Below, one piece after another: positions 7,873-17,932 of a DNA stretch of 64,000 nt. The notes below the pieces were generated by a model that worked only from the letters and a program-made list of their open reading frames with translations, was not told the origin of the DNA and searched no databases. The translations under genes were made by a program, and so were the position numbers. The stretch spans positions 62,001 through 126,000 of the IMG/VR virus record IMGVR_UViG_3300036853_000446. One strand, written 5' to 3'. Each line of letters opens with the position of its first letter. Position 1 is the first letter of the stretch.

Positions 7873-10800
7873 TCAGGTGTACTCCACGCCCAGCTCGAGG
7901 AGCACCCAGTCCCCCGCCAACGTGTCGCTGACGTTCGTACCGACGCGGGTGAGTTCGTATTGAACGAACGTGCCCGCGCTCAAGCTCAAACTGGAGAGCG
8001 TAATGGTCTGCGAGTCATATTGAAAGTTTGTATTGGTCGGGATGCTGATCGCGGTGAGATTAGTTACCGAACTCCAGGCACCCACCGCAGCGTTGTCGGG
8101 AATCGTTCGACGGTAGAGAGCGGGGACCACGGCGACCGTCCCGCCGGGTGCCGTCTGCGCTCTGGATTTGAAATAGAGGGTGACGTTCGTTGCTCCAGGC
8201 GGAATGGTCTCGGACCAGCTGACACCCTCCTGAGTGGTATCGTCGAAGCGTCGCACCGAGAGCCCAATGTTCACTAGGTCCGCCGACAACGGCGCAAAGG
8301 CGTTGACGGTCCAGTTCGCGTTGACGGGGGAGGTGAGGTCCGCAGCCTGATACCACCGGCGCTGCAACGGAATGCTGTCGAGCTTCGTCTTGTCCGTAGC
8401 GACCATGAATCCGTTCACGGAAGTCGTCACCGCCGCATGCAAGGTGCCACTCGTCTGTGCCCCGTGATCGTGGACGTGGTCAGACCGGACAAAGGTCGTC
8501 GCCGCCCCGGCTGCGTTCGCCGTGCCGATGGCTACGGGGGCAGCTGCAGCGACCGTGTGTTGATGATCCGATCGAGCAAGTGTTGTGGCCGTCCCTTCAA
8601 CAGCCGAGTTGCCAACAGCCACAGCACCCGCGGCGGGAGTGGCTGTGGTGACGTCGTGCTTATGGTCGCTTCGCGCGGCATCCGTTGCGACACCCGCCAC
8701 AGCCGCCGCCTTGGTGACGTCGGCTGGGGCATTCGACGTCAGACCCACGACCTGAGTGACGGAGAAGGTCAGAGCCGTCGTACCGACGGTAATGGGGTCG
8801 TTTGTCGTGAGAATCGCGACATGGTCACCATTGGCGGCGCCTTCCGAGATTCGGATGATGACTGCAGCGCGGACCTCTGCATCGGCATCGAAGTCTACAG
8901 CACGGGACCAGGCGCCTGCAGCCACGGCATAGATGCCGTTCTGAGACCCGGTTGACTGATCTTTAGCCAGGACCCGATCTCCAGCAACGGCCGAAACTCC
9001 ATCAATAGTCTGCGTGCCGGACAGCGTCAGATTTGCCGTCGAAGCCAATCGCACTGGCTGCTTGATGGCCGTGACGGTGCTGTCTAGGTTTACCTTGTCA
9101 GCGGCGAGCATGAAGCCATTGGCAGAACTCGTGACGACGGCGTGCAGGGTGCCGCTCGTTTGAGCCCCATGATCGTGAACGTGGTCGGAACGGATAAAGG
9201 TCGTTGCTACTCCGGCTGCGTTTGCCGTTCCAATGGCGACCGGGACCGCTACTGCCACCGAGTGAGTATGGTCCGAGCGGGCTAGGGTGATTGCCGTGCC
9301 TTCCGCCGCCGAAGCTGCTGCCGTGATCGCGCCCACTACTGCCGTGGACACGTCGTGCTTGTGATCCGCTCGCGCAGCCGTCGCGCCCACCCCAACCGCT
9401 GCTGCAGCTTTGGTAACGTCACTAGGAGCTGTCGAGGCGAGCGCCGCAGCCCCCGTAGCCATTCCGTCGAGTCTGGTCTTGTCTGTCGCCGAAAGGAAAC
9501 CCGATACTGATGTCGTCGCAGCTGCATGCAGAGTGCCACTCGACTGTGTACCGTGATCGTGAACATGATCTGACCGAGCGAACGTAGTGGCCACCCCGGC
9601 CGAGTTGGCTATTCCAACGGCTACTGGAATACCGGCGGCTATCGAATGGGTATGATCAGAACGCGCCATCGTAACGGCGGAGCCCTCGGTTGCCAAATCG
9701 CCGATGGCCGCGACCCCAGCCGCCGCGGTAGCTATGTCGTGCTTGTGGTCGACTCGCGCAGCCGTCGTGCCTATCCCAACGGTTGCCGCAGCCTTGGTAA
9801 TGTCCACGGGTGCACTCGACGCCAGTGCCGCGGCAGCCGCCGAAACCCCATCGAGTTTGGTCTTGTCAGCGGCCAACATAAAGCCGTTGGCAGCACCCGT
9901 CACCACCGCATGCAACGTGGCAACGGTTTGAGCCCCGTGATCGTGTACGTGATCGGATCGAACAAAGGTCGCGGCAGATCCGGCCGAGTTGACTGTTCCA
10001 ATGGTCGAGGGGGCAACCACCGCAATCGTGTGTTGGTGGTCACTACGGGCTAGAGTCGTTGCCGTGCCCTCAGCAGCCGTGTTGCCAGCAGCAACGGCCC
10101 CAGCAACCGGCACCGCCGTCGTGACGTCGTGTTTATGATCGGCTCTTGCTGCGTCGGCAGCCGTCCCAACGACCGCTGTGCTCTTGGTAATGTCGACAGG
10201 AGCCGTCGAGGCAAGAGCGGCGGCACTGACCGCAACCCCGTCGAGTTTTGTCTTGTCAGCGGCCAGCATGAAGCCGTTGGTCAATCCCGTCACTGCCGAA
10301 TGAAGTGTCCCGCTCGTCTGGGCACCGTGGTCATGGACGTGGTCGGACCGGACAAAAGTCGTTGCCGTTCCAGCTGCGTTCGCAGTCCCGATGGCCACGG
10401 GCGTGGCTGCAGTGACCGTGTGCTGGTGATCTGAACGAGCTAGGGTGGTGGCAGTGCCTTCGGCTTCCGAGTTGCCGACCGCCACCGCACCGGTTACCGG
10501 CGTGGCCGTCGTGACGTCATGTTTATGGTCGGCTCTGGCTGCATCCGTCGCGACCCCGACCGCGGCCGCTGCCTTCGTCACATCTGCGGGGGCCGTCGAT
10601 GTCAGGGGCGCAGCGCCCGCCGAGACCCCGTCGAGTTTGGTCTTGTCCGAAGCCGACAGGAAACCAGCAACGGAGGTTGTCGCCGCGGCGTGGAGCGTCC
10701 CACTCGTCTGGGCACCATGGTCATGGACGTGATCAGACCGAACCAGCGTCGTGGCCGACCCGGTGGAGTTGGCCGTACCGATCGCTACAGGAACGGCTGC

Positions 10801-13101
10801 GGTAACCGTATGAGTGTGGTCCGAGCGCGCGAGCGAGGTAGCCGTCCCTTCTGCAGCGACGTTGCCGACGGCAACGGCTCCCGCCGCCGGGGTCGCTGTA
10901 GAGACGTCGTGTTTATGGTCGGCCTTGGCCGCATCCGTCGCGACCCCGACCGCGGCCGCTGCCTTCGTCACATCTGCGGGCGGAGCGGCGGTCAAGGTCA
11001 GAGCAACCGGAGTTGCAAACGCGAGACCCGTCACCGCTAAAGTGATCGGATCGTCCGTCGTCAGCTGGAAAAGCTTGTTTCCGTTGGCGGTGCCCTCAGA
11101 AACGGGGACGACCGTGCCGCCGCGAACCTCGCTGCTCGCGTCGAAATCCACAGCCCGAACCCAGGCACCAGCGGCGACTACATAGATGCCGTTTTGAGAC
11201 CCCGTCGACTGGTCCTTGACGAGCACACGCTGCGTCGCGATGACCGAGACGCCGTCGATCGTCTGAGGTGCAGAAAGGGTGATGTTGGCCGTCGTGGCCG
11301 CTCGGACCGGCTGCTTGATCGCCGTCGTGATGCTGTCAAAGTTGACTTTGTCAGCGGCGGACATGAAACCCGCAATCGCAGTCGTCGCCACCGCGTGCAG
11401 GGTGCCACTGGTTTGGGCACCGTGATCGTGAACGTGGTCACTCCGGGTGAATGTCGTTGCTGCTCCACCCGAGTTGGCTATACCAATAGCAACCGGAGTG
11501 CCCCCCGCCACCGAGTGGGTGTGGTCGCTCCGAGCTAGAGATACAGCCGTACCCTCGGTTGCGGCACCTCCGATGGCTACAGCGCCGGTCGCGGCCGTCG
11601 TGATGTCGTGCTTATGATCAGACCGGGCAAGCGACGTAGCCGTACCCTCGGCGGCGGCCGCCTTCGTAACGTTGACGGGGATGGCCGTTGAAATGTCATG
11701 CTTGTGATCTGCCCGGGCTGCGTCTGTAGCGACGCCCACGGCAGCGGCGGCCTTCGTGACGTCGACGGGTGCCGCGGCCGTCAAAGTTAGGGCGACGGGA
11801 GTTGCAAAGACGAGAGCTGTCGAGCCCAACGCGATCGGGTCGTCCGAGATGAGCTGGAAAATCCGATTCGCGTTCGTCGTACCTTCCGAGACGGCGACGA
11901 TGAGCCCACCTCGAACTTCGGCGCTATTGTCGAAATCTACAGAGCGAGTCCAGGCGCCCGTTGCAGCAACGTAAATGCCGTTGTTGGCTCCCGTGATCTG
12001 GTCCTTGACCAGGACCCGGTCAGCTGCGACGACGGACACGCCGTCGATCGTCTGAGTACCCGACAACGTGATGTTTGCGGTCGTGGCCGCCCGCACTGGC
12101 TGCTTGATCGCCGTGACCGTACTGTCGAAATCCGCCTTGTCAGCGGCAGACATGAACCCAGCCACGGAAGTAGTGACCACCGCGTGCAGGGTGCCGCTCG
12201 TCTGGGCACCATGATCGTGGACATGGTCACTTCGGGTGAACGTCGTTGCCGAGCCGGCGGCATTCGCCGTTCCAATCGCCACCGGGATCCCCCCAGCAAT
12301 CGAGTGGGTGTGGTCCGAGCGCGCGAGCGACGTCGCGCTACCTTCCGTAGCCGAATCCCCGATGGCGGCAGCTCCAACCGTAGCCGTTGTGATATCGTGC
12401 TGGTGGTCTGCCCGGGCCGCGTCGGTGGCCACCCCGACGGCAGCCGCTGCCTTCGTGACGTTGACCGGAGCCGACAGAGTGAGGGCTGCAGATCCCTCGG
12501 AGACCCCGTCGAGCTTGGTCTTGTCCGGAGCCGATAGGAAGCCTGCAACAGAGGTCGTGGCCACCGCATGAAGAGTGCCACTCGTCTGGGCTCCGTGGTC
12601 GTGGACGTGGTCGCTTCGGACAAAGGTCGCCGCAGAGCCTGCGGCATTCGCGGTGCCAACTGTGACCGGGTTGCCCCCTGCCACCGAGTGGGTATGATCC
12701 GAACGGGCTAAAGAAGTGGCCGATCCTTCGGCAGCAACGCCTCCAATGGACACGGCACCCGGGGTTGCCGTCGAGACATCGTGCTTGTGGTCTGCGCGTG
12801 CCGCATCCGTTGCAACACCGATGGCAGCTGCAGTCGTCGTAACATCGACGGGGGGCGTAGTAGTGAGCCCCGTGCTCCCCCCGACTCCGTCCCAAGTGGG
12901 CGTAATCGAGGTGAGGACCCAGAGCGTACTGTCGTCCTCTTGAAGTGCCAGTCGATCTAGGTCATCTACCGTCAGATTTCCAAGAATGGCGGGCACACCA
13001 ACGGTCGGCGTGAAGGCAACTCGACTCGCCGCGTTGGCAAACCTCCACGCAATAGGAGTGTGAGGTCCCTTAGCGATTGTAACTTTTCGATGCTCGCCCA
13101 T
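7873..13101 (-). CDS. Long tail fibre with nine His-x-His repeat modules (1742 aa)
   Basis: Nine ~125-155-aa units with ARADHKHD / ARSDHxH / RSDHVHDH, three copies of the QTIDGV..DRVLVKDQ..NGIY..GAW.R..D fibre domain, distinct C-terminal domain. Confidence 0.85.
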   Translation of the reverse strand: MGEHRKVTIAKGPHTPIAWRFANAASRVAFTPTVGVPAILGNLTVDDLDRLALQEDDSTLWVLTSITPTWDGVGGSTGLTTTPPVDVTTTAAAIGVATDAARADHKHDVSTATPGAVSIGGVAAEGSATSLARSDHTHSVAGGNPVTVGTANAAGSAATFVRSDHVHDHGAQTSGTLHAVATTSVAGFLSAPDKTKLDGVSEGSAALTLSAPVNVTKAAAAVGVATDAARADHQHDITTATVGAAAIGDSATEGSATSLARSDHTHSIAGGIPVAIGTANAAGSATTFTRSDHVHDHGAQTSGTLHAVVTTSVAGFMSAADKADFDSTVTAIKQPVRAATTANITLSGTQTIDGVSVVAADRVLVKDQITGANNGIYVAATGAWTRSVDFDNSAEVRGGLIVAVSEGTTNANRIFQLISDDPIALGSTALVFATPVALTLTAAAPVDVTKAAAAVGVATDAARADHKHDISTAIPVNVTKAAAAEGTATSLARSDHKHDITTAATGAVAIGGAATEGTAVSLARSDHTHSVAGGTPVAIGIANSGGAATTFTRSDHVHDHGAQTSGTLHAVATTAIAGFMSAADKVNFDSITTAIKQPVRAATTANITLSAPQTIDGVSVIATQRVLVKDQSTGSQNGIYVVAAGAWVRAVDFDASSEVRGGTVVPVSEGTANGNKLFQLTTDDPITLAVTGLAFATPVALTLTAAPPADVTKAAAAVGVATDAAKADHKHDVSTATPAAGAVAVGNVAAEGTATSLARSDHTHTVTAAVPVAIGTANSTGSATTLVRSDHVHDHGAQTSGTLHAAATTSVAGFLSASDKTKLDGVSAGAAPLTSTAPADVTKAAAAVGVATDAARADHKHDVTTATPVTGAVAVGNSEAEGTATTLARSDHQHTVTAATPVAIGTANAAGTATTFVRSDHVHDHGAQTSGTLHSAVTGLTNGFMLAADKTKLDGVAVSAAALASTAPVDITKSTAVVGTAADAARADHKHDVTTAVPVAGAVAAGNTAAEGTATTLARSDHQHTIAVVAPSTIGTVNSAGSAATFVRSDHVHDHGAQTVATLHAVVTGAANGFMLAADKTKLDGVSAAAAALASSAPVDITKAAATVGIGTTAARVDHKHDIATAAAGVAAIGDLATEGSAVTMARSDHTHSIAAGIPVAVGIANSAGVATTFARSDHVHDHGTQSSGTLHAAATTSVSGFLSATDKTRLDGMATGAAALASTAPSDVTKAAAAVGVGATAARADHKHDVSTAVVGAITAAASAAEGTAITLARSDHTHSVAVAVPVAIGTANAAGVATTFIRSDHVHDHGAQTSGTLHAVVTSSANGFMLAADKVNLDSTVTAIKQPVRLASTANLTLSGTQTIDGVSAVAGDRVLAKDQSTGSQNGIYAVAAGAWSRAVDFDADAEVRAAVIIRISEGAANGDHVAILTTNDPITVGTTALTFSVTQVVGLTSNAPADVTKAAAVAGVATDAARSDHKHDVTTATPAAGAVAVGNSAVEGTATTLARSDHQHTVAAAAPVAIGTANAAGAATTFVRSDHVHDHGAQTSGTLHAAVTTSVNGFMVATDKTKLDSIPLQRRWYQAADLTSPVNANWTVNAFAPLSADLVNIGLSVRRFDDTTQEGVSWSETIPPGATNVTLYFKSRAQTAPGGTVAVVPALYRRTIPDNAAVGAWSSVTNLTAISIPTNTNFQYDSQTITLSSLSLSAGTFVQYELTRVGTNVSDTLAGDWVLLELGVEYT
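8368..12864 (-). repeat. Intragenic tandem repeat array of the fibre gene
   Basis: About 390-nt period; exact 50-nt duplicate at 10541..10590 and 10931..10980. Confidence 0.9.
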
Positions 13102-13114
13102 CTCACAAGAGCAA

Positions 13115-13130
13115 GCTCAAAAGAGGACTA
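13115..13130 (-). promoter_or_regulatory. CTTTT-core motif copy
   Basis: TAGTCCTCTTTTGAGC, identical 16-mer to 20680..20695, 14 nt upstream of the fibre ATG. Confidence 0.55.
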
Positions 13131-13158
13131 AGCTTTCTGCGACGGATGGCCCCCCAGC

Positions 13159-13611
13159 TCAGCCGTACAATAACAATTCGTCTTCATCGGCGAGCCACCC
13201 ATCCACGCCCACCGTTGGGCTCACAGCTTCAAACGTGGTCCCGTCGGCCGAAAGAAGCACCTGCCCCGCCAACGTTGGCGTGAACGTGGCAATCCCCGTC
13301 CAAACCGCCGCCTCAGCCGTATCGTCGACACAAATGAACACGGCTCCCGTAGATGCAATAACCCACCACATGCCAGTCGAACAGCCGGCGCTGGTGTCGT
13401 CGGTTGCTGTCGGGCTCCGTGTCGGGTGCACGAAGACAGGGCGGCCATTGAAGACCCCGAGGGCATCCAGGAACTTGAATCGATCTGTGACATAGCGTAC
13501 ACCCCCCGCGCCGGTCGGGTCGCCACCAGCAAGGCCGCCAGGGCCCTGGTCGTAGAGAATGATGCCCTCATCCTCACGCTCGCCTGGGAAGCGGTCCGCA
13601 GTCCTCGGCAC
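13159..13611 (-). CDS. Tail fibre-associated protein (150 aa)
   Basis: PTATDD.SAG.STG.WW....G.VFICVD.T..AAVW motif typical of phage fibre segments. Confidence 0.55.
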   Translation of the reverse strand: MPRTADRFPGEREDEGIILYDQGPGGLAGGDPTGAGGVRYVTDRFKFLDALGVFNGRPVFVHPTRSPTATDDTSAGCSTGMWWVIASTGAVFICVDDTAEAAVWTGIATFTPTLAGQVLLSADGTTFEAVSPTVGVDGWLADEDELLLYG

Positions 13612-14259
13612 TCAGTCCCTGGCTTCTTTGCTCTGTCCCTTGGCCTTGGGAGGCCGGCCCCGCCGGGCTCCATTGACAGGAGCGGCAGAGGCTACGATCG
13701 ACGGCGGGGGCGGCTCTTCGGCGGTGGGCGGCTCTTCAGAGCCGGGCACGGGGGCAACAAGGGCCTCTTTGGTGGCCCGGGCCACCGCACGACGTTGGTC
13801 CAAATCCTCGACCGCCGACATTTGGGCATCTGGACGTACTTCCTGAACCGCTCCTTCCAACGCTTCAGCCATCTGACCTTCCACTGCCTGAAGTTTGGCC
13901 TTCTCCGCGTCCATCACCTTCGCTGCGAAGGCAATGGCTTCTCGGAGTCCGACGACGCGGCCCTCTGCGATCAGACGATGCTTCTCGTTCATGATGCGCA
14001 GATTGTCGATGGCCGCATGCACCTTCAGCACATAATCCTTGCAATGCGCTGCAGCCTCGAGGTCGATCTTGCCCCCGTCCCGATCGGCATCGATCCGTTC
14101 GAAGACACTCTTGAGTGTCGACTGTTGAAGCTCGTTCAGAGCAACGTGATAGCCCTCTTTACGCAGGATGTCCTTCTCGGCGGACTCCCGCATGTCGTCG
14201 TACTTGAGGCCAAGTTCGTTGATCGTGCCGATCTTGACTTGAGACTTCAGAGGGCTCAC
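13612..14259 (-). CDS. Coiled-coil hypothetical protein (215 aa)
   Basis: Charged heptad-like helices, Pro-rich C-terminus; stop abuts the next ATG. Confidence 0.6.
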   Translation of the reverse strand: MSPLKSQVKIGTINELGLKYDDMRESAEKDILRKEGYHVALNELQQSTLKSVFERIDADRDGGKIDLEAAAHCKDYVLKVHAAIDNLRIMNEKHRLIAEGRVVGLREAIAFAAKVMDAEKAKLQAVEGQMAEALEGAVQEVRPDAQMSAVEDLDQRRAVARATKEALVAPVPGSEEPPTAEEPPPPSIVASAAPVNGARRGRPPKAKGQSKEARD

Positions 14260-14272
14260 TCACGGACTCCTA

Positions 14273-15841
14273 TCAGGCCCAGCCGATGACCGTCAGCTGA
14301 TCGGGCTTCGAACCTGCACCCCGCAACGCAAACTCGAATTTCAGCTGACCATTGGCGAGCGAAGTCCCCGGGTACACGTCGTGGTTCGCGGCAGAGTCAG
14401 CCCCATTTCTGAGGAGCACACCGTTGAGGTAAACGTCAAAATCACTCACGAACGTGCCGCCAGACAGGTCTCCCAAATCAACGTCCAGGTTGGCGTCATG
14501 CGTTGGACCGGAGACGTTGCTATCAGCCCCGACATTGGCCGAGACTACGGCAACCGTCTTCGCACGGCCGGCCCGAGAATACGCCTGCAGGATGGCATTC
14601 AAAAGCGAGACTTCACCGAAGGTCGTCTCGAAGGTGTTCCACTCCCCCGTCGTTTCCGAAAGCTTGATACCGCTCGTCTGAGCCCAGGTAGAGCCCGCTT
14701 GGTTGCCGTCGTCGAGGTAGTACTCGCCCGCAGCGAAGACCCGAAGGTCACCCATGGTCGTCTCGACGACGCCGTCGTTCTTGCCGATATCGATGGGCCG
14801 CGTTCCGCCCGCACGGATCGTCGCGCCGTTGTTGAATTCGACGTCGATGGCGTTATTGACGTAGCTGTCGACGTCCAACCCAATCGCCAGCGTCGTAGTG
14901 CCGCCGAGAGAATCGTCCGTGACACTGAAAAGGTCCGCGTTGGCGTTGTCACGGATACGCCATCGGATGGCAGCGGCCAGATCCAAATCCGAGTTGCTGG
15001 CAAGCTCGACCGGTGTCGTGCCCTGGTTGGCATATGCACGCTGCCGCGTGACGTCCACGCTCGCCGACTGGTCGACGAAATCCGTGTTAGAGAGGAATGC
15101 CGTCTCTGGGAACGCATCGAAATTGATACGAAAGACGTAGTTATAGTTGATCGTCTTACCCGCGATATCCGCCACAGGGCAGGCTTCGAGGTCGTCGAAC
15201 CCTGCATTCAGACGTACGAAGCTCAACTTGACGCGGTTGCCACCCGAAGTGTCGTTAACCGCACCCCCGTCTGCGCCCGTCGATTCGTACTGGAGAAGGG
15301 CGAAAACATCGCGCCCCGCGGACTGAATGAACTGACCCGTCGCGGCATCTCGAATGACCGCCAAGTTTCTCGGATTGATGGCGTCGGGACCCGCAATCTC
15401 GACCAACTCGTGAACGTCGAACGCACCGCCGGACAACGCCGACTGGGCGACAACCGCGCCATTCTGAGTGAGGGCAACGGCTGCGGCCTGCGTTGGGGTC
15501 TCGGTGCTCGCGACGCTGAGAAGCTCCCAGTTTTGGGCCGCCGATACCGTCACGTCCGTGAGGACGTTGGCACGACCGAGGAACTTCTTTTCCTCGAGAT
15601 CATTCAGGTCGGTGTTGAGGTCGAAGACGGCTCTCTTCTTGCCGTTGACCGTGGGAATGTCATCGTACCAGTTGCCCGCGCCATCATCCCAGATCAAACG
15701 CTTGACCTGTGAACGTAGGCCGTTCAAATCATCTTCGATGTTGGCAGTAGCGGTCTCTAGTGTCGTGCCCGCCGCGATTGCATCATCGTAGAGAAACGAC
15801 TGCGCGATCTGAGCGTCTTGACGAATAAATGTACGGGCCAT
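14273..15841 (-). CDS. Virion structural protein (522 aa)
   Basis: GAGGA SD; C-terminal DFDVYLNGVLL...DVY domain related to 15891..16217. Confidence 0.65.
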   Translation of the reverse strand: MARTFIRQDAQIAQSFLYDDAIAAGTTLETATANIEDDLNGLRSQVKRLIWDDGAGNWYDDIPTVNGKKRAVFDLNTDLNDLEEKKFLGRANVLTDVTVSAAQNWELLSVASTETPTQAAAVALTQNGAVVAQSALSGGAFDVHELVEIAGPDAINPRNLAVIRDAATGQFIQSAGRDVFALLQYESTGADGGAVNDTSGGNRVKLSFVRLNAGFDDLEACPVADIAGKTINYNYVFRINFDAFPETAFLSNTDFVDQSASVDVTRQRAYANQGTTPVELASNSDLDLAAAIRWRIRDNANADLFSVTDDSLGGTTTLAIGLDVDSYVNNAIDVEFNNGATIRAGGTRPIDIGKNDGVVETTMGDLRVFAAGEYYLDDGNQAGSTWAQTSGIKLSETTGEWNTFETTFGEVSLLNAILQAYSRAGRAKTVAVVSANVGADSNVSGPTHDANLDVDLGDLSGGTFVSDFDVYLNGVLLRNGADSAANHDVYPGTSLANGQLKFEFALRGAGSKPDQLTVIGWA

Positions 15842-15866
15842 GGTTCTTGTTTCCTCAACTTGCGAT

Positions 15867-15882
15867 GCTCACAAGAACTCTA
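15867..15882 (-). promoter_or_regulatory. CTTTT-core motif variant
   Basis: TAGAGTTCTTGTGAGC, 12/16 identical to the 13115 and 20680 copies. Confidence 0.5.
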
Positions 15883-15890
15883 TTGGCACT

Positions 15891-16217
15891 TCAAGGCTCA
15901 TCGAGGGCCAAATAGTCGGCGAGAATCTTGTCGGCCGCACGGGGCGCCACCTCGAGTACGATAATGTCGTAGCCTGTACCGGAGCCCCCGCTCTCGAGGA
16001 TGACGTAGTCATCTATGAGCTTGAGACGCTGCCCGTTGAAGTACACGCTGACGGTCAGGAACGGGAGGTTATGGGCGAACTTATCACCGTCCGGCGCCGT
16101 GAACACCAAATTGGCGCCATCCCGGGAACCACTTAAGTCCTGACCCGTACGGAAGCGCCCGCCCGCGACAAAGAGCTGCGACGCCGTCTGTAGCGAGAGG
16201 AAGTTGACGAGGTGCAC
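15891..16217 (-). CDS. Small virion structural protein (108 aa)
   Basis: GSRDGANLVF...VSVYFNGQRL..IDDY...AP.AADKI motif; GAGG SD 7 nt before GTG. Confidence 0.6.
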   Translation of the reverse strand: MHLVNFLSLQTASQLFVAGGRFRTGQDLSGSRDGANLVFTAPDGDKFAHNLPFLTVSVYFNGQRLKLIDDYVILESGGSGTGYDIIVLEVAPRAADKILADYLALDEP

Positions 16218-16267
16218 GCCACTGCCTCAGTAGCCATTCTGGAGCGAGCCTGACGTACCGACGACAC

Positions 16268-16666
16268 TCATTCGAGGGCCGGGGTATAGTCGTATGGGTA
16301 CGAGCCCCTCACCAACGCCGCCGGAGAGTCGACTCCCGGTACGCCGCCCGAGACCGGCTGCACCACCAGCCAGAACTGCTCCGTGTCGACCAGGCCGGCA
16401 TCGATCGCCCCGCCCGCCGCGTAGGTTGAAGGGTTGAACACGACACGCACTCGATTGGTCCCCGGCATGGTGTGCAGCCGGTTGCGGTCGATCGACGGGT
16501 CGAGGTAGCCCACGCCGATTCCGACCGTCAGTAGAGTGACCAACACGGGCGGACCGGCAGTCTTCGACGACGCCTTGATCACATAACTCTCGACCCCCTC
16601 TTGCTTGGGGATCAGGAGGTCCACGATGCCGGGCGCCCGATAGCCTACCGTAAAGTTGGGGATCAT
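16268..16666 (-). CDS. Hypothetical structural protein (132 aa)
   Basis: Coupled to the upstream gene by a 4-nt overlap; beta-rich. Confidence 0.55.
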   Translation of the reverse strand: MIPNFTVGYRAPGIVDLLIPKQEGVESYVIKASSKTAGPPVLVTLLTVGIGVGYLDPSIDRNRLHTMPGTNRVRVVFNPSTYAAGGAIDAGLVDTEQFWLVVQPVSGGVPGVDSPAALVRGSYPYDYTPALE

Positions 16667-17076
16667 CGGATCAGTTTCTCCTCATGGACGTGCTGGTCAT
16701 AAGTGCTTGCGGCGAGCTGTCCCGACCGTTGACGCGCCTCCTCACGAACGTCTCTCCAGGAGTCCGCCTCTTGCCCCTGGTAGTTCGGGATGAGGCGCGT
16801 CTTGAACACGTGATCCTGCTGCCTGCGGGCCATCACGGAGCCCCGCGTTGCCCTATAGCCATTCTCTTTCTGGGCTTTGCTGACCCAACCCCCCGACGGT
16901 CCGTCCTTCAAGACGAACGCCATGCCCGCAGGATTGAATACGAGTTCGAGAGGCTTGCCTTCGTCGTCAACGACCTGGAAAGCCCCCGATTGAATGAGGT
17001 CGTACTCTTCAAACGACAGCTTGCGCTGGGTGGTGGCGCCATCCTCGCGCCTGACGAACGTATAGCTCGGCATCAC
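16663..17076 (-). CDS. FmdB-like N-terminus protein lacking the zinc-ribbon cysteines (137 aa)
   Basis: MPSYTF...DG start and GMAFVLKD..GGW segment resemble FmdB/Zn-ribbon regulators; no Cys in the sequence. Confidence 0.45.
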   Translation of the reverse strand: MMPSYTFVRREDGATTQRKLSFEEYDLIQSGAFQVVDDEGKPLELVFNPAGMAFVLKDGPSGGWVSKAQKENGYRATRGSVMARRQQDHVFKTRLIPNYQGQEADSWRDVREEARQRSGQLAASTYDQHVHEEKLIR

Positions 17077-17086
17077 ATCTCCATTT

Positions 17087-17932
17087 TCATTTGACTGGGA
17101 TATCCCAGCTCTTTGTAGCCGCCAGAACGGCCGCCATGTGTTTGCACACGAAATTCTGACGCTCGGGGTCTCGAATGTCGGGCGGCGACGCGGTGCCCAT
17201 CAGAGGTCCGAGTTGATAGTCCTCGGGCCCGGTTGCATGATACTCTGGCCCCTGCCACTGCCACGCCGGACACGAGCACGAGAGTTCGAGGTCCATCTTC
17301 GCAAACTTTGTCGTATTGGCGCGTGGACGGACCGCGCGGATCTTGACCGCGTAGACGTGCTTGCCCTTCACGCTGAAGATCCAGCGCAGATTTTTACGAT
17401 CGGCGCGCTTCAAGGTGACCTTGACCTTGCGAGAACGACTGACAAACTTTGGATTCAGCCCCTCGAGAATGTGCTCGGCCGTCGCCGCGACCCGGGCCGC
17501 CGTGCAGTCCTGATATCGAAGCCGCAGGATCGGGGCGCGCTCGAGCAAGTGAAGCGCCGCAACGAACGCCGGATCTGCGCCCGCGTTGTGGGTGTTCGGC
17601 TTGTCGTCCCGATACGGGTATTTCGTCTTGGACGAGTCGTCGTCCTTGTCGCCCAGGCCCATGAACGACGGGGACGTGCCTCCCTGCTCGACCCAGCGTG
17701 TCTCCGCAGGCAGGTCTTCTTCCTTTGCCCAGCTGTCAGGACCGTCGATCCGATGGGGAGACCCCGGCGCCGTGTCGGGCTCGCGGATGTCTTCCTCCGG
17801 CTTTGAGAACGTCTTGTAACCCACCTCGTCGCCGTCAAGAGAGATACCCTTCCCCGCAGGGCTGCCGCTCGGCAGCTGAGCCGTCGCCCTGGGGTTGAGA
17901 TCCGCTGGACGAGAGACGAGGGGCTCTCTCAC
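17087..17932 (-). CDS. SWIM-type zinc finger protein (281 aa)
   Basis: CSCPAWQWQG...CKH in the C-terminal half, preceded by ARVAA. Confidence 0.65.
   Translation of the reverse strand: MREPLVSRPADLNPRATAQLPSGSPAGKGISLDGDEVGYKTFSKPEEDIREPDTAPGSPHRIDGPDSWAKEEDLPAETRWVEQGGTSPSFMGLGDKDDDSSKTKYPYRDDKPNTHNAGADPAFVAALHLLERAPILRLRYQDCTAARVAATAEHILEGLNPKFVSRSRKVKVTLKRADRKNLRWIFSVKGKHVYAVKIRAVRPRANTTKFAKMDLELSCSCPAWQWQGPEYHATGPEDYQLGPLMGTASPPDIRDPERQNFVCKHMAAVLAATKSWDIPVK

Noticed and set aside
8368-12864. Regularly recurring DNA repeats as a possible CRISPR array or DGR template/variable pair
   Set aside because: Repeats are degenerate at third codon positions inside an open frame; the intervening sequences are homologous rather than unique; no reverse transcriptase and no adenine-specific variation seen.
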